From NCBI GenBank assembly GCA_965216565.1, contig OZ244170.1:4736001-4800000 (forward strand): 64,000 nt of DNA, read 5' to 3'. The notes under the pieces were generated by a model, which was given only the letters and a program-made list of their open reading frames with translations, was not told where the DNA came from and did not search any database. The stretch's first letter is position 1; every line of letters starts with the position of its first letter. Of this stretch, positions 29,241 through 40,602 are shown one piece after another. The stretch is from Bythopirellula sp. GTDB lineage: Bacteria; Planctomycetota; Planctomycetia; Pirellulales; Lacipirellulaceae. The position numbers and the translations under genes were made by a program.

Positions 29241-32200
29241 ATGCAACAATATCGGATCAATTACAAACTCTTGCTGGGCCTGTTCGTAGGTAGCATCGTC
29301 CTGACGATTTCGTTGTTTCTCATTTGGAAATGGCAAATCAGCCGCAAGGCAACCTGGTATCGAGATACTGCCATGGTGGCCTTGGAGGAAGATGACCTGC
29401 TCAAGGCGTTCGAGTACATGCAAAAGTTTGTGCAGCTCAGAAGAGAAGACGAAGAAGCCCGCGTGGAGCTTGCCGCCATTGCCTACGATGTCGTGCAACT
29501 CGAAGGTGTGCCTCGCGAAGAACAAGGTATGGCCTTTGGCGTCCTCAGCGATACCGTCCGGCGTACCAGCGACCCCCAGTCTCGTCGCAATCTGGCCGAC
29601 CTCTATTTTAAGAGCGGGCAAGCTCAACAGGCACTTGTGCATTACGAAGAGTTGGTGAAAACCGACGACGATCCCGAATTGAAAGGGCTGCTCGTCCGAT
29701 GCTTGTTCTTGGCCAAGGACTATGAGTCGGCAATGACCGAGGCTTATAGTTTGATTGGTTTCGATCCGGAAACTGAGGAGTTCGATGACGAAAAGGCAAC
29801 CGTCACCGACCAGCCCGAAATCTATTTCACCCTCGCATCCGTTCTGTTGGGGCGAGAAGACGAACCTGAACTTGCCAGGCAAGTCATTGAGAAGATGATT
29901 GCCAACAACCCAGACTCAGCTATTGCACATCTTCGGAAGTCGATGTTCCTGTTCGGGGTCGATGAAAAAGAAGAGGCGAAAGAAGAGTTAGAGAAGGCCT
30001 ATCAGCTAGACCCAGATAATTCAGACATTATTTATCAACGCGCAACTGTTGCCGTTTCGGAAAAAGAATACGAAGAGTCGGTCGCTATTGCAGAAGACGC
30101 TATCAAGAGATTTCCCAAGGAGATGCGGTTTTACAAACTTCAGTCTTCGACTTACCGCGTACTCGAAAAATTCGACGAAGCCATCGAAGTTCTCGACAAG
30201 GGCCTGAAAGAGTTTGGCAATAATCGCGCAATCGATCTTTTGGTCAGTAAGCATGAGGTACTCCTCACCAGTGGGGACTTCAAAGCCGCGCGAGGCGTGA
30301 TAGACGAGATTGAAGGGCTCCGAATGCCACAGCTACAGCCCCTCATCGATTTCCAAAAGGCCCAAATTACGTTTGCGAACAGCGATTGGGCGGGAGCCGC
30401 TCGTGAGCTGCGCAAAGTTCGTCCCAAGCTGGTTGGTTTTGGCTCCTACCAAGCACGAGCCGGCCTGTTGCTAGGTACAGCCTACGAGAAGTTAGGCAAG
30501 CCAGACTTGGCACGTGAAGTCTATGGCATTGTTCTAGAAGACGAAACGATTGCAACGCATCCGTTGAGAAACAACGTGCAGGCACGTCTCGAACGCATTG
30601 ATAAGAAGCTCGGGATTAGCCGAGGCTCAGATACTGGTGGGTTGGATTCGGTAGTTCAGAAGATGCTGGAACAGCCGGAAACACTCCAAGACTGGGACAG
30701 GGTGGAAGAACTCATCGAAGAGGTCGTTGAAAAGAATGAACTTTCCGAGGTGCGAGAGCTGCTGATGCGATCGCGGGTTATGGCGTTGAGGGAAAAATTT
30801 GATGAAGCCAAGAAGCTTATTCAGCAAGCTGCCAAGCTCGATCCCGAGGACATGTCAATTCGACTCGAGGCAGCCAGACTGCTGGTGAACGATCCACCAG
30901 ATGGTCCTCCCAAGGCAGTCAAGTTGCTGCAGAAAATTGAAGACCGATCTGAGATCTCGTACATGTCCCGAGGATTGTTGATCGAGGCGATTTGGGCCTC
31001 CAGGCCGGAGGATCTAAAAGAGCAATTGCTCGAACAAACTCAAGGAATCGAGGACTTAGCTAAATTCGAGCAAGTTAAGGTTCTCAAGCTGCTGGGTAGC
31101 AAATTCTTGCAGCTCGCAGACTTTGATCAAGCATCGACCTTTTTTCTGCAGGCAGTGGAACTAGAACCGAATGACTTGCCTTTGCGGATGCAGTTGTTTG
31201 ATATTGCCTACCAGCAGAAGGATGACGATGCGATGCGTCTCGCTCAGAAGGGCATTCTAGACGTGTTAGGTACTAAGGAAGATGGCAACTACATCCTAAC
31301 CGAAGTCAAAAGACGGCTCATCAATTTTAAGGGCAAAGAATCGCAACGCAAGGAACTTGAGGAAGGCGTGGCGATGCTCGACGAGGCACTGAAGCTACGT
31401 CCCCAATGGCACGAGCTTCACATTCTTTACGGGCAATTGTTATTAACCCTCCGCAGGGATGTTGAGCTAGCGCTCGATCATTTCGACGACGCGTTGAAAT
31501 ACGGGCCTCCCAATCCGCGGGCAGTTGCTCTCCAGGTTAAGCTGCTTTTCGAAAGTGGCCTTAGCAAGCAAGCGTATGAGCGAGTCAGGCTAATTCCCGA
31601 AAGCATTCGTACTCAGTTGCTAGGCCCCACAGAAGCCGATCTCTTGCTAGCCCGAGGCGAGAATGAAGCCGCGTTTGAAAGCGCTAAGAGCACTGCGGAA
31701 GCGAATCAGGGCGACGCAAAAATTCAAGCTTGGTTTGGGACGATCGCTTCCAGTATGGAGGAGCTCGACGCAGCAACCGAAGCGTACGAACGAGCGGTGG
31801 AGCTGAATCCCAAGGCGCACGATTACTGGATGAAGCTGATTGCGGTGCACGCTGCCCGCAAGGATGCCGCCAGCTTGGAACAATCATTCCGAGATGCTCA
31901 ATTGGCACTTGATGCTGAACTCTTGCCACTCGTCCAGGCAAAAGTCTACGAGGTTCAAGGACTGTGGAAGAGTGCGGAAGGCATCTACAAAACGATGTTC
32001 GGAGACAGTTTCGAATCGAACTTATTCCGAGCACGACAGATGGCTCAGTTTTACCTCGTCTGGGGACAGTCTGAGAGCCAAATGCTGCCCTACGCCTTCC
32101 CGTACTTGAATATGATCTTACGGGCAGGAAACGAGGAAAGGATACCACCGGCTAGTCCCAACCTGATATGGGCCAAGCAGCAAGCCGCCAATTACCTGGT

Positions 32201-33518
32201 GGGGACGAATGATTTCAAGAATACAGGCAAGGCACTGGAGATTATTCGACAAGGTTCTCCGGATGGAGAAATCGCTGAGCCTCTCCTGCCCTTGTATCTT
32301 CGCATACTTCCATCCCGGGGAGACCCCGAGTCGTTGCTGGAATCGATCGACATGCTTGCCAAGCTCTACGAGCAAGGCAGGCTCGACAAATCGCAGCAAC
32401 TTCTATTGGCTAAGCTCTACGAACGGACCCATCGTTGGGAACAGGGCAAGGACCTGATGCTCAACACGCTGAGCCGATATGGGACGGACGAGGAAGTTTG
32501 GTCTACGTACATCAGTTTGTTGATCAAGCAAGGTGAGTATTCGACCGCCAAGGCGCGTATTAATCGATTTTCGGACATCACAAAGAATCGCGGGCTGATT
32601 GCCAATTTGAGTGCTTCGCTTGCCTACGAGCAAGGAGATCAATCAGGCGTTCAACGCGCGCTACGTTCGATTCTTCCGTCGAAGTTGTCGGGTGCTTTGA
32701 GTGATGCGGAACTCGGAGCGATCCGATCTGTGGCAGGCATGGCCATGAAGTATGGGGAGTACGAGTTTGCAGAAAAATTGCTTCGCCTGTACGTCACGCG
32801 CAAAAATCCTGAGGGTATCTTCGAACTCATCTCAGTCCTTGCCTTTCATGGCAACGCAGAAGAGGCATTGCAATACATGGAGAAGGCGGTCTCGGCTGAA
32901 CCCATGCAGGTGGCAAGAATTGCGATGCAAGCGCTTAGAACTCGCCGCAATGAACTCGATCAAGCAGTGCTCGATCGACTATGGGGCCTAGTCCAAAAAG
33001 TTGTTGCTGAGGATCCAGAAGACCCAGTCCGCGTCATGATGAAGGGCGAAGGATTCGAGACTCTTGAGAAGTATGAAGAAGCAATCGCAGCCTACGACTC
33101 AGCAATCGAGAACTCAGATATTTCGCCGCAACAGAGAGCGATTGCCAGCAATAATCTTTCCTACTTGCTTGCTCAAAAGGGGCAGAGGCTTGAGGATGCG
33201 GAGCGTCTGATTAGCGATGCCGTCGATATATTGGGTCCCTTAGCCGACATCTTGGATACTCGCGCCGTTGTTAGAATAGCCAGGGAAAAATACGACGAGG
33301 CCATTGAGGACATGGAGCTAGCATTAGCTATCGACCCCACCGCCTCGAAGTACTACCACATGGCCCGTGCACAGGCCCTTGCCGGCAACGAAGACAAGGC
33401 CGTCGAAGCCTGGAACCAAGCCAATGAAATGGATATCTCCAAGGAGGATCTGCCGAAATTGGAGCAACCGGGTTACGACGCAACAGAACGGCTAATCAAG
33501 AAGATTCAAGCTCAATAG
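29241..33518 (+). CDS. Large membrane-anchored TPR protein
   Basis: N-terminal TM; many A..LDP-type helical repeats; C-terminal NNLSYLLA..ILDTRAVV. Confidence 0.85.
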   Translation: MQQYRINYKLLLGLFVGSIVLTISLFLIWKWQISRKATWYRDTAMVALEEDDLLKAFEYMQKFVQLRREDEEARVELAAIAYDVVQLEGVPREEQGMAFGVLSDTVRRTSDPQSRRNLADLYFKSGQAQQALVHYEELVKTDDDPELKGLLVRCLFLAKDYESAMTEAYSLIGFDPETEEFDDEKATVTDQPEIYFTLASVLLGREDEPELARQVIEKMIANNPDSAIAHLRKSMFLFGVDEKEEAKEELEKAYQLDPDNSDIIYQRATVAVSEKEYEESVAIAEDAIKRFPKEMRFYKLQSSTYRVLEKFDEAIEVLDKGLKEFGNNRAIDLLVSKHEVLLTSGDFKAARGVIDEIEGLRMPQLQPLIDFQKAQITFANSDWAGAARELRKVRPKLVGFGSYQARAGLLLGTAYEKLGKPDLAREVYGIVLEDETIATHPLRNNVQARLERIDKKLGISRGSDTGGLDSVVQKMLEQPETLQDWDRVEELIEEVVEKNELSEVRELLMRSRVMALREKFDEAKKLIQQAAKLDPEDMSIRLEAARLLVNDPPDGPPKAVKLLQKIEDRSEISYMSRGLLIEAIWASRPEDLKEQLLEQTQGIEDLAKFEQVKVLKLLGSKFLQLADFDQASTFFLQAVELEPNDLPLRMQLFDIAYQQKDDDAMRLAQKGILDVLGTKEDGNYILTEVKRRLINFKGKESQRKELEEGVAMLDEALKLRPQWHELHILYGQLLLTLRRDVELALDHFDDALKYGPPNPRAVALQVKLLFESGLSKQAYERVRLIPESIRTQLLGPTEADLLLARGENEAAFESAKSTAEANQGDAKIQAWFGTIASSMEELDAATEAYERAVELNPKAHDYWMKLIAVHAARKDAASLEQSFRDAQLALDAELLPLVQAKVYEVQGLWKSAEGIYKTMFGDSFESNLFRARQMAQFYLVWGQSESQMLPYAFPYLNMILRAGNEERIPPASPNLIWAKQQAANYLVGTNDFKNTGKALEIIRQGSPDGEIAEPLLPLYLRILPSRGDPESLLESIDMLAKLYEQGRLDKSQQLLLAKLYERTHRWEQGKDLMLNTLSRYGTDEEVWSTYISLLIKQGEYSTAKARINRFSDITKNRGLIANLSASLAYEQGDQSGVQRALRSILPSKLSGALSDAELGAIRSVAGMAMKYGEYEFAEKLLRLYVTRKNPEGIFELISVLAFHGNAEEALQYMEKAVSAEPMQVARIAMQALRTRRNELDQAVLDRLWGLVQKVVAEDPEDPVRVMMKGEGFETLEKYEEAIAAYDSAIENSDISPQQRAIASNNLSYLLAQKGQRLEDAERLISDAVDILGPLADILDTRAVVRIAREKYDEAIEDMELALAIDPTASKYYHMARAQALAGNEDKAVEAWNQANEMDISKEDLPKLEQPGYDATERLIKKIQAQ

Positions 33519-33719
33519 ACTCGTGTTTCTCGCGGCTATTACAGTCTGTTCGCAATTGGGTTCGATTTGAACTAGAATTTCAACTTGCCAGCAATCATGC
33601 TCCATTTTGGGGGCGCTACCGGTTGCGGCTCTGGATTCGACGGAATCGGAACCGCGTAGAATTCGTAGTGCCAGGCAAGTCTTAGCAACGTAACGCTCTC
33701 GTTAGGGAATCACAGACCC

Positions 33720-34964
33720 ATGAAAAGTTCGATCCTGCCGCTATTTCAGGCAAACCTAAGGTCCCTATTTCTGATTGGTTTTGCAGTAAGTCTTTGCACT
33801 GCAGATCTTTTCGCTCAGTTGCCGGCGCAAGATCCCGCTGCACTGAGGGCGACCTATGGCCGAGGAGTGCATGCCTATTTCAGAGGGCAATCTTTGCAAG
33901 CCGACAGGTTGCTTTCTGAGGTCGTCCATTCGGGATCCACCGACCCCCGAGTATTTTATTTCCGAGCCATGGCACGCATGCGTTCGGGCCGTACTTATGA
34001 AGCAGAGAGCGATATGCAAATCGGTGCCGCTCTGGAAGCCAGAAATCCCGGTCTAGGAAGCACGATCAGTAAGTCGTTGGAAAGAGTTCAAGGCACGCAC
34101 CGCAGAAAACTGGAGCAATATCGGCGTCAAGCTCGTGTGCAGCGAGTCGACGATCAGCGGCAACAATCGACCACTCGCTACGAACAACTCAGAGACCGTG
34201 AACCAACCGTGCTTCGTCGCGAAGTCGATGTCCCCTTAGAGCAACTTACCGGCCCAGGGCTACCGACGCCTGCCGTCACGCCAGGACCGGCGTCTTCTAC
34301 GCCGCCTGCAGGCCAGAAAGCTCCCGCTGCAGATCAGCAGTTTGACGACGACCCATTCGGCTCGAAAGAGCCTCAAAGTTCGGAGGCCGGTTCGGAGGCC
34401 GTCGAAGAGGAAGGCGATCCGTTCGGTACCTTCGAAACTCCCGCCGAAGAAGCCGAAGAAGAATCAGAAGGGAATATCTTTGACGAACCAGAGTCAGCCC
34501 CGGCAGAAGATGACGACGATCCCTTTGCCACGAACGAAATCGAATCGGCAGATCCCTTTGGCAATAGTAACGCCGTAAGAACCGAAGAATTCGAAGCTGA
34601 AGTCGCGACTTCCGGAAAAGTGAAGCCCAGCAAGTTGATGGGAATCTTAGGCCGCGTGGTCGGCAGCGCCATGCCGTGGCAGGGTGTCGAAATACCACAG
34701 ATGCCAATTCCGGGCGTCGGGCCTACCCCCGAAATCCGTGTTGCTCAGGTTCCTGAGAGCGACGAGATTGCCCTGGGGCCATTTGAGGACGACACGAACG
34801 TAATATCCGCTTCTGCGACTGAGCCCGCCTCTGCAACCGAGCCCGATCCATTTGGAGAGTCGAGCCAGTTAGAACTGGAAGATCAAGACTCCTCCATCCA
34901 GGAAGCGAGCTTCGAAGATGTCGAAGAAACCGAAGAGTTTGACGATCCGTTTGGAGATTTTTAA
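33720..34964 (+). CDS. Secreted hypothetical protein with TPR-like N-domain and acidic DPF-repeat tail
   Basis: Signal peptide; YGRGVHAYF..DPRVFYFRA; six DPF motifs. Confidence 0.7.
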   Translation: MKSSILPLFQANLRSLFLIGFAVSLCTADLFAQLPAQDPAALRATYGRGVHAYFRGQSLQADRLLSEVVHSGSTDPRVFYFRAMARMRSGRTYEAESDMQIGAALEARNPGLGSTISKSLERVQGTHRRKLEQYRRQARVQRVDDQRQQSTTRYEQLRDREPTVLRREVDVPLEQLTGPGLPTPAVTPGPASSTPPAGQKAPAADQQFDDDPFGSKEPQSSEAGSEAVEEEGDPFGTFETPAEEAEEESEGNIFDEPESAPAEDDDDPFATNEIESADPFGNSNAVRTEEFEAEVATSGKVKPSKLMGILGRVVGSAMPWQGVEIPQMPIPGVGPTPEIRVAQVPESDEIALGPFEDDTNVISASATEPASATEPDPFGESSQLELEDQDSSIQEASFEDVEETEEFDDPFGDF

Positions 34965-35024
34965 TTTTTCCCTAAGCGTTCCGAGAATCTCTATCTATTC
35001 TCACTCAACGTTTCTACGAGAATC

Positions 35025-35642
35025 ATGGACAGATTGCTGCTGATAATCTTAATGGGGCTCACCGTTCTCGGCTGCGATTCCCCGCGAGCCTCACTCCCTC
35101 CCAGACGCATTGATACGACAACGCCCGAAGGCCAGTTCGATTGGATCATGCAACGTCTCGAGCGGGTCGTGCTCGATTTCAGCTCAGGGGAACGGTCTGG
35201 ATTGAGGATTGGTAAGCGAACCCTGGATCACGAGCTGTTCCCTCCCAACGACGAGATTTCCTACTACACAGCCAAAGTGACTGTCTCATCCGAGAAGGGC
35301 TACGTGCCGGAGAAACCTTTGCCGCTGATCGACAAAGAAGAAATCAAAGAGAAGCGCCGTCGGGCGATGAGAAGATTCAATAAACAAGCAGGTCTGGAAG
35401 ACGAGGAAGAAGAGTTCTTCGATCCCATCAAGAAAAGATTTGATACAGAAATGGAAGACATCGCGGCACGCCGTGGCGGGCCGATTCAGAGCAGTGTGGA
35501 TATTGAAACGCCTGTCTTAACGGACGTGGCCGTCTATGAGCTGGCCTACCAAGACGACCGTTGGCAATTGCAGACCGAATTGGAAACCGAGTACGAGCAA
35601 CTCTGGTTCGAGTACGCCCTGGGCCCCGAGGCGAGTGACTAG
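35025..35642 (+). CDS. Hypothetical lipoprotein
   Basis: Lipobox VLG-C at residue 17. Confidence 0.65.
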   Translation: MDRLLLIILMGLTVLGCDSPRASLPPRRIDTTTPEGQFDWIMQRLERVVLDFSSGERSGLRIGKRTLDHELFPPNDEISYYTAKVTVSSEKGYVPEKPLPLIDKEEIKEKRRRAMRRFNKQAGLEDEEEEFFDPIKKRFDTEMEDIAARRGGPIQSSVDIETPVLTDVAVYELAYQDDRWQLQTELETEYEQLWFEYALGPEASD

Positions 35643-35653
35643 CGGCCGTTCGC

Positions 35654-36679
35654 CTAACGCCCGTTGGTAGACGCAGTTTCTAAGTTACCTTGTCGGAATG
35701 CCTCTGCCATGGCCTTTGGCACTTCGGCTCGTGCCAAGAAGACAGCCGCTCGATTTTCGGCAACCTTGGCTTTCATTTCCTGTTCGTGAGCAATGGCATT
35801 AGCACGTCGTTGCTCAGCCAAGGCCTGGGCCTTGCGTGTATCTGCCTCCGCTTGATCTGCTTGCAGTCGGGCACCAATGTTTTCTCCGATATCGATGTCG
35901 GCAATATCGATCGAAACAATTTCAAATGCCGTGTGTGCGTCTAAGCCACGTTCAAGCACAGCTTTGGAGATGCGGTCAGGATTTTCCATCACCGCAAGAT
36001 GATCTTCTGCGGATCCGATCGAAGTGATAATGCCTTCGCCAACCCGGGCAATGATCGTCTCTTCGGTGGCCCCGCCGATGAGTTGCGATAAGTTGGTGCG
36101 GACAGTCACCCGAGCACGAATTCTAAGCTCTACACCATTTCGGGCGACAGCGCTCAGGGTTGTCTTAGGAGATTTTTCTGGGTCGGGACAATCAATTACT
36201 TTTGGATAGACGCTTGTGCGAACGGCATCTAGCACATCGCGGCCAGCCAAATCGATTGCGGCAGCACGGTCGAAGTCGAGGTCGATGTCTGCACGCTGGG
36301 CGGCGATGATGGCATTGATAATCCGAGGAACGTCACCACCAGCCAAATAATGCGCTTCAAGACGACGTGTCGTTATACCCGTGTTGGGATCCGTGCCAAC
36401 GCCGGCCTGCATCGCCATAATTTTCCCCTCGACGATCGTACTCGGCCTGACTTGCCGCAGGCCCATCCAGATGAGTTCGAGCCAGCCGACTCGGGCGTTC
36501 GACATGTAGGCTTGTAGCCAAAGGGTGAAATACTTCAGAAGAAATACAGCCATCACAATCAAACACATGATCGCAACAGCACCAAAGAACAATCCGGCAA
36601 TCCAGCCGTAGTTCAGTTCAGCAAACAGAATCTGGGGAGTCAGATTGGCGAAGTCTGATAGCTGGATGGACGAAATCAT
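35654..36679 (-). CDS. floA: Flotillin-like protein FloA (YqfA family)
   Basis: [54 protein letters not shown]. Confidence 0.93.
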   Translation of the reverse strand: MISSIQLSDFANLTPQILFAELNYGWIAGLFFGAVAIMCLIVMAVFLLKYFTLWLQAYMSNARVGWLELIWMGLRQVRPSTIVEGKIMAMQAGVGTDPNTGITTRRLEAHYLAGGDVPRIINAIIAAQRADIDLDFDRAAAIDLAGRDVLDAVRTSVYPKVIDCPDPEKSPKTTLSAVARNGVELRIRARVTVRTNLSQLIGGATEETIIARVGEGIITSIGSAEDHLAVMENPDRISKAVLERGLDAHTAFEIVSIDIADIDIGENIGARLQADQAEADTRKAQALAEQRRANAIAHEQEMKAKVAENRAAVFLARAEVPKAMAEAFRQGNLETASTNGR

Positions 36680-36983
36680 TTATGTTTCCTCGTTACCCGA
36701 TGCATCTGCCGGGAAGGCGGAATTGTGACAGCAGTCGTCTAAGGACACTACTATCATAGTGAAATTCTCAGCGCGGCAACACCTTCAATCGCCTCCGAGC
36801 AAATCGACACTTGCCATCGCCGGCGTCAAGGCCAAGGATGGTAGTGAGATTCACAGATAATCGACGGGCAAATGTTGGAGAATAGCCTGAAATCGAGTCG
36901 TGTTTTCAAGCTGAAGTATCTCTCAATCTCAGTATCTCTCAATCTCTGTACGATATCACCAAGCAATGAAGGGAATTATTATC

Positions 36984-37601
36984 ATGAGAACCGCCCTAGG
37001 ATCTTGCACGTTGTTGTCCGCGATCTTGTGCCTACCGCAGGTGTCGGTTGGCGAGATGTTCGTCATCGACAATTCGCATACCTCAGTCATTTTTGGAGTG
37101 AGCCATTTCGGCTACAGCTACACATACGGTCGATTCAATAAGGTCAAAGGTGGTTTTAATCTCGATAAGGGAAATCCAGCCGCCAGTCAGTTCCAGATTG
37201 TGATCGATGCTACTAGTATTGATAGCAACGATCAAAAGCGAGACGAGCACCTCAAGGGCCCCGACTTTTTTAATGTGAAACAGTTCCCGGTCATCAACTT
37301 TCAGAGTACCGGAATCAACATCGAGTCGAGTGAAAAAGGCCAGATGTACAACATAGCGGGCAAACTCACCATGCACGGCGTTACGAGAGACGTGGTGCTA
37401 CCTGTGGAGAAACTCGGTGAAGGCAAGGGACCCTATGGGAAATACCGTAGTGGTTTTTTGTGTCAAACTAAGCTCAAACGTAGTGATTTTGGAATGACAA
37501 ACATGGTTCCCAGCATTGGCGACGAGATTGCCGTTACGGTGAGCTTCGAAGGAATTCGCCAAGAGGCTCCTGCTGCCGCTCAGTCAGCCATTCCTCAGTA
37601 A
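36984..37601 (+). CDS. YceI family lipid/polyisoprenoid-binding protein
   Basis: IDNSHTSVIF, GRFN, RDEHLKGPDFF, LTMHGVT, KRSDFGM. Confidence 0.92.
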   Translation: MRTALGSCTLLSAILCLPQVSVGEMFVIDNSHTSVIFGVSHFGYSYTYGRFNKVKGGFNLDKGNPAASQFQIVIDATSIDSNDQKRDEHLKGPDFFNVKQFPVINFQSTGINIESSEKGQMYNIAGKLTMHGVTRDVVLPVEKLGEGKGPYGKYRSGFLCQTKLKRSDFGMTNMVPSIGDEIAVTVSFEGIRQEAPAAAQSAIPQ

Positions 37602-37616
37602 ACAAGCGAGGAAGCT

Positions 37617-38591
37617 TTGATTGATATACCGACCGTCTTCTGGGGCGGCGTCGTGCCCGCGATTGTGGCAGGCGGATGCGTTGCGTTGATTTGGAAATAC
37701 CGATCCCACGCGTCCGCGGCCTGGCTCGTTGGGCTGTCCGCTGGCTACCTCGCGGGGCACCTGGGGCTCGACTTTGCTGCGCAGATTGAACTCGACCGAG
37801 GTTTTGGTGGGTTGAAGATCGCGCTGCTGAAAGTGTTTCAACCCGCTGAGGCGCGAGATTGGTTGCCGGCGCTAGTCGTCACAGCAACGGCCATAGAACT
37901 TCTTGCTCTGGTAGATATCAAAGCCGCCAAGGTTGCCTGGGTGTTGCGTATTACGTTGTGTCTATTCTTGCCATGGGTATTGCTTCGCGGCAGCGTTTAT
38001 CTTCCCAACCAACAACTCGATTTTGGGTTCGAGACAGGAGCGTGGAGTGCAGTCGAAGCCACAACCTGGCTGGGTGGCACTGCGATGTTGCTGTTTGCGC
38101 TTTGGAGTTCGGCAAAGATGGTCGTGGACGGGTCTCTGTGCCGACTCCGGGGCTCGTTGGCAACTCTAGTGGGATTGGGGGCGACGGGGACGATCGCGCT
38201 TTCGGGTTCACTTACGACGGGACAATTGCTGGGAACCCTAACAGCGTCTTTGGTAGGCTGTGGGATAGCCGCAGGCGCGTTGAAAGTGCCCCGTGGCCCG
38301 GAGGTCGCAGCAGGGCCGATAGTTGCAATATTTGGAGGAGTCTTGGTAATTGCCAAGTTCTTACTCTCGCCCGAACTTGCTGCTAGTTCTTCGGTACTGC
38401 TGGTGTTAGCCATGGCCGCTGCGATCGGCTGGGTTGGCCCTGCGAATGTGGCTGCCAAGCGCACTCAGTTCGCTCTACGCGCATTGATCTGCGTTCTCTG
38501 TTTGACGCTAGTCGTTGTGCCAGCAGCAAGAGAATTCGCCGCTTCCCAGGCTGCGGAGGAATCGAACCCCTACCAGAGTTTTGAACCTTAG
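37617..38591 (+). CDS. Hypothetical multi-pass membrane protein
   Basis: About 10 hydrophobic segments; 15 nt downstream of the yceI-like gene. Confidence 0.7.
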   Translation: MIDIPTVFWGGVVPAIVAGGCVALIWKYRSHASAAWLVGLSAGYLAGHLGLDFAAQIELDRGFGGLKIALLKVFQPAEARDWLPALVVTATAIELLALVDIKAAKVAWVLRITLCLFLPWVLLRGSVYLPNQQLDFGFETGAWSAVEATTWLGGTAMLLFALWSSAKMVVDGSLCRLRGSLATLVGLGATGTIALSGSLTTGQLLGTLTASLVGCGIAAGALKVPRGPEVAAGPIVAIFGGVLVIAKFLLSPELAASSSVLLVLAMAAAIGWVGPANVAAKRTQFALRALICVLCLTLVVVPAAREFAASQAAEESNPYQSFEP

Positions 38592-38622
38592 AGCTTAAAC
38601 TGCTTGGGGACTTGAGAATGAC

Positions 38623-39432
38623 CTAGAGGTCGAGGGCATCATCGCCAGCGGACTCGTCGGTGTCAGATTCTTCTGCTGCGAAATCCTCTTCCTCGTCTTG
38701 TGCCTCTTCGCTGGTAGGATCGTCTTCGACGGGACTGGACTCAGCCATATCTCCAGCAGCTGATTTGAGTTCAGGGAACAGTGCAGCATCGATCTCAGGA
38801 AGCATCAGTCTTGCAAAATCAACTGCTACGTTATCATCGACCGTCAATTCTTCCGTCGTGACTTGGCTTGTGAAATAGAGTTTGTAGAGAGCAGGCTCAA
38901 CCATTGTAAAGTAGAAGCGAGCGTTATCGGGTGCTTCCCACTTTTTAGTGTCTGGGTGATTCCACGCCCAATAGACCCGCAATGTTTGGCGAACTGTGGC
39001 GTCTTCTTTTTGGTACTTGCTGGTGAAGAAATCAGCGGTCCGATCGTCTGCGTACGATACCGAATGCTGGAGTTTCTCGCTTTGAGATCGAAAACCGGCG
39101 CTCGGATAGCAGATGTCAGGAGTATGTCGAATGATATCGCGAGAGTGGCCAACAATCAGCCATAGGTTCACTGTTTCGTTTGTCACACTGTTCTTGTAGT
39201 TCCTGCTCACGAAACTTACTGCACCGGAACGCTCTTGAACTTCCTTTTCAACGGGCATGTCGACGCCGGTCCAGTCGCCAATTTTCTTGGGAACTCCTGC
39301 GAATCGTTTGCCTAGTTCTGCAGCTTCAACACCGGGCTCTCCCCAGCGATCTTTTAGGTAGACGCCTTCGACGACCGTCACCACAGAAATTAGTACGGCA
39401 GTGATAGCCGCGGCTACATAGAGATTTTTCAT
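38623..39432 (-). CDS. Exosortase-associated EpsI-like protein
   Basis: N-terminal TM, VPKKIGDWTG, HTPDICYPSAG motif; near the exosortase. Confidence 0.82.
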   Translation of the reverse strand: MKNLYVAAAITAVLISVVTVVEGVYLKDRWGEPGVEAAELGKRFAGVPKKIGDWTGVDMPVEKEVQERSGAVSFVSRNYKNSVTNETVNLWLIVGHSRDIIRHTPDICYPSAGFRSQSEKLQHSVSYADDRTADFFTSKYQKEDATVRQTLRVYWAWNHPDTKKWEAPDNARFYFTMVEPALYKLYFTSQVTTEELTVDDNVAVDFARLMLPEIDAALFPELKSAAGDMAESSPVEDDPTSEEAQDEEEDFAAEESDTDESAGDDALDL

Positions 39433-39728
39433 AGTCAGGACCAAGTGTCTAGAATCGGCGGAGTATGGGGGCCCGGAGTAGATCGAGTGGGCCCGCGTGG
39501 GCGAGATGGAGATCACCGCCCACTAATCTCACGGTAGGCGCGAAGTCCCCGAGTGTCAACACTCAGGGACGTCCGCAGTTGCTGGCTGCAAAGAGAAGCC
39601 GAATTCTAGCCCTGGAGGCATATTCAGCGTTTCAGCTAGGAGCACGAGTCAAATGCCTAGTCGGAGGCACACTTGCCTCCGGATACCAGTCGACCGTTCA
39701 AAGGTCCGCTGCCCAGCTATCTAGGTGC

Positions 39729-40484
39729 TTAGTTAGCTAAAGCCACGGTAGTAGCCGATCGATAGCCGGGGCGGCGAATGCCCCTTCGCTGTGAAGGAGT
39801 GGGCCGCATCGTCTGCGACAGCTTTTGTAAGCTTGCCGGCAGGGAGGGAGGTCCCGAGGCAGGCAGCTGCGGCGTAGTTGCGGCAGGCTGCTTTACGGTC
39901 TTGGGAGCACGCATCCTTTGGTTGATATCGCTGAACGGATCAAAATCATCCAACGGCTCTTCTTCAGGCAGCGGAGCATCTTCTGCCGGTGCTTCTGCTT
40001 CTGGCAAATCAAAGCCATCCAGTCCACCGGGCTGCGCCACAGGTTGCTGAGGTTCTGCAGCAGGGATTTCTCCTGGAACGGGACCGCCCAAGTCTTGGCC
40101 GGCTCCACCTAGAGGATCAGAGATGATCGCCCCGCCATCGCTCTTGGGCTTCTTCTTTCTAGATTCGGGAGTCTCGGCTCCGCGTAGCGCTTCCTTTTCA
40201 GGAATTGGAGTTTCGTAGGGTTCCAGCATCAATTGCTCTTGTTTTTCTTCCTCTTCTTGAGTGGATTGTTTGGAATCGATCACATCTCCCGGCCAGGGAC
40301 GCCATCGCGTTTGCGAGTGGCCCCAAGGTCCCTGAGGACGGCAAGTACCGTCCGCTGCACAAGGGCAGGGAGTAGCAGGCTGGCAGTCCAGGGCGTTGAC
40401 CTCAGTTTCACATGCCAGACCCAGCAGTGTTACGAAGAAGCCAATCAAAATAACGTTTTTGAATTTCCCCAATAGGCGAGACAT
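39729..40484 (-). CDS. Exported hypothetical protein, Cys-rich N-domain and Pro-rich tail
   Basis: GGAGG RBS; signal/lipobox-like LAC; CQP..CPC..C.P..WG..TRWRPWP. Confidence 0.6.
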   Translation of the reverse strand: MSRLLGKFKNVILIGFFVTLLGLACETEVNALDCQPATPCPCAADGTCRPQGPWGHSQTRWRPWPGDVIDSKQSTQEEEEKQEQLMLEPYETPIPEKEALRGAETPESRKKKPKSDGGAIISDPLGGAGQDLGGPVPGEIPAAEPQQPVAQPGGLDGFDLPEAEAPAEDAPLPEEEPLDDFDPFSDINQRMRAPKTVKQPAATTPQLPASGPPSLPASLQKLSQTMRPTPSQRRGIRRPGYRSATTVALAN

Positions 40485-40602
40485 CGCTGCTAGCCCTCCC
40501 TTTGAATCAATGTTTATCACGATCTATTTAGTTCCACTCTTCGTGCGACTCCGAAATTAGCAGGCCCCTAAATCGAGACCTCCGCAAGAGTCAGCAACAG
40601 GC

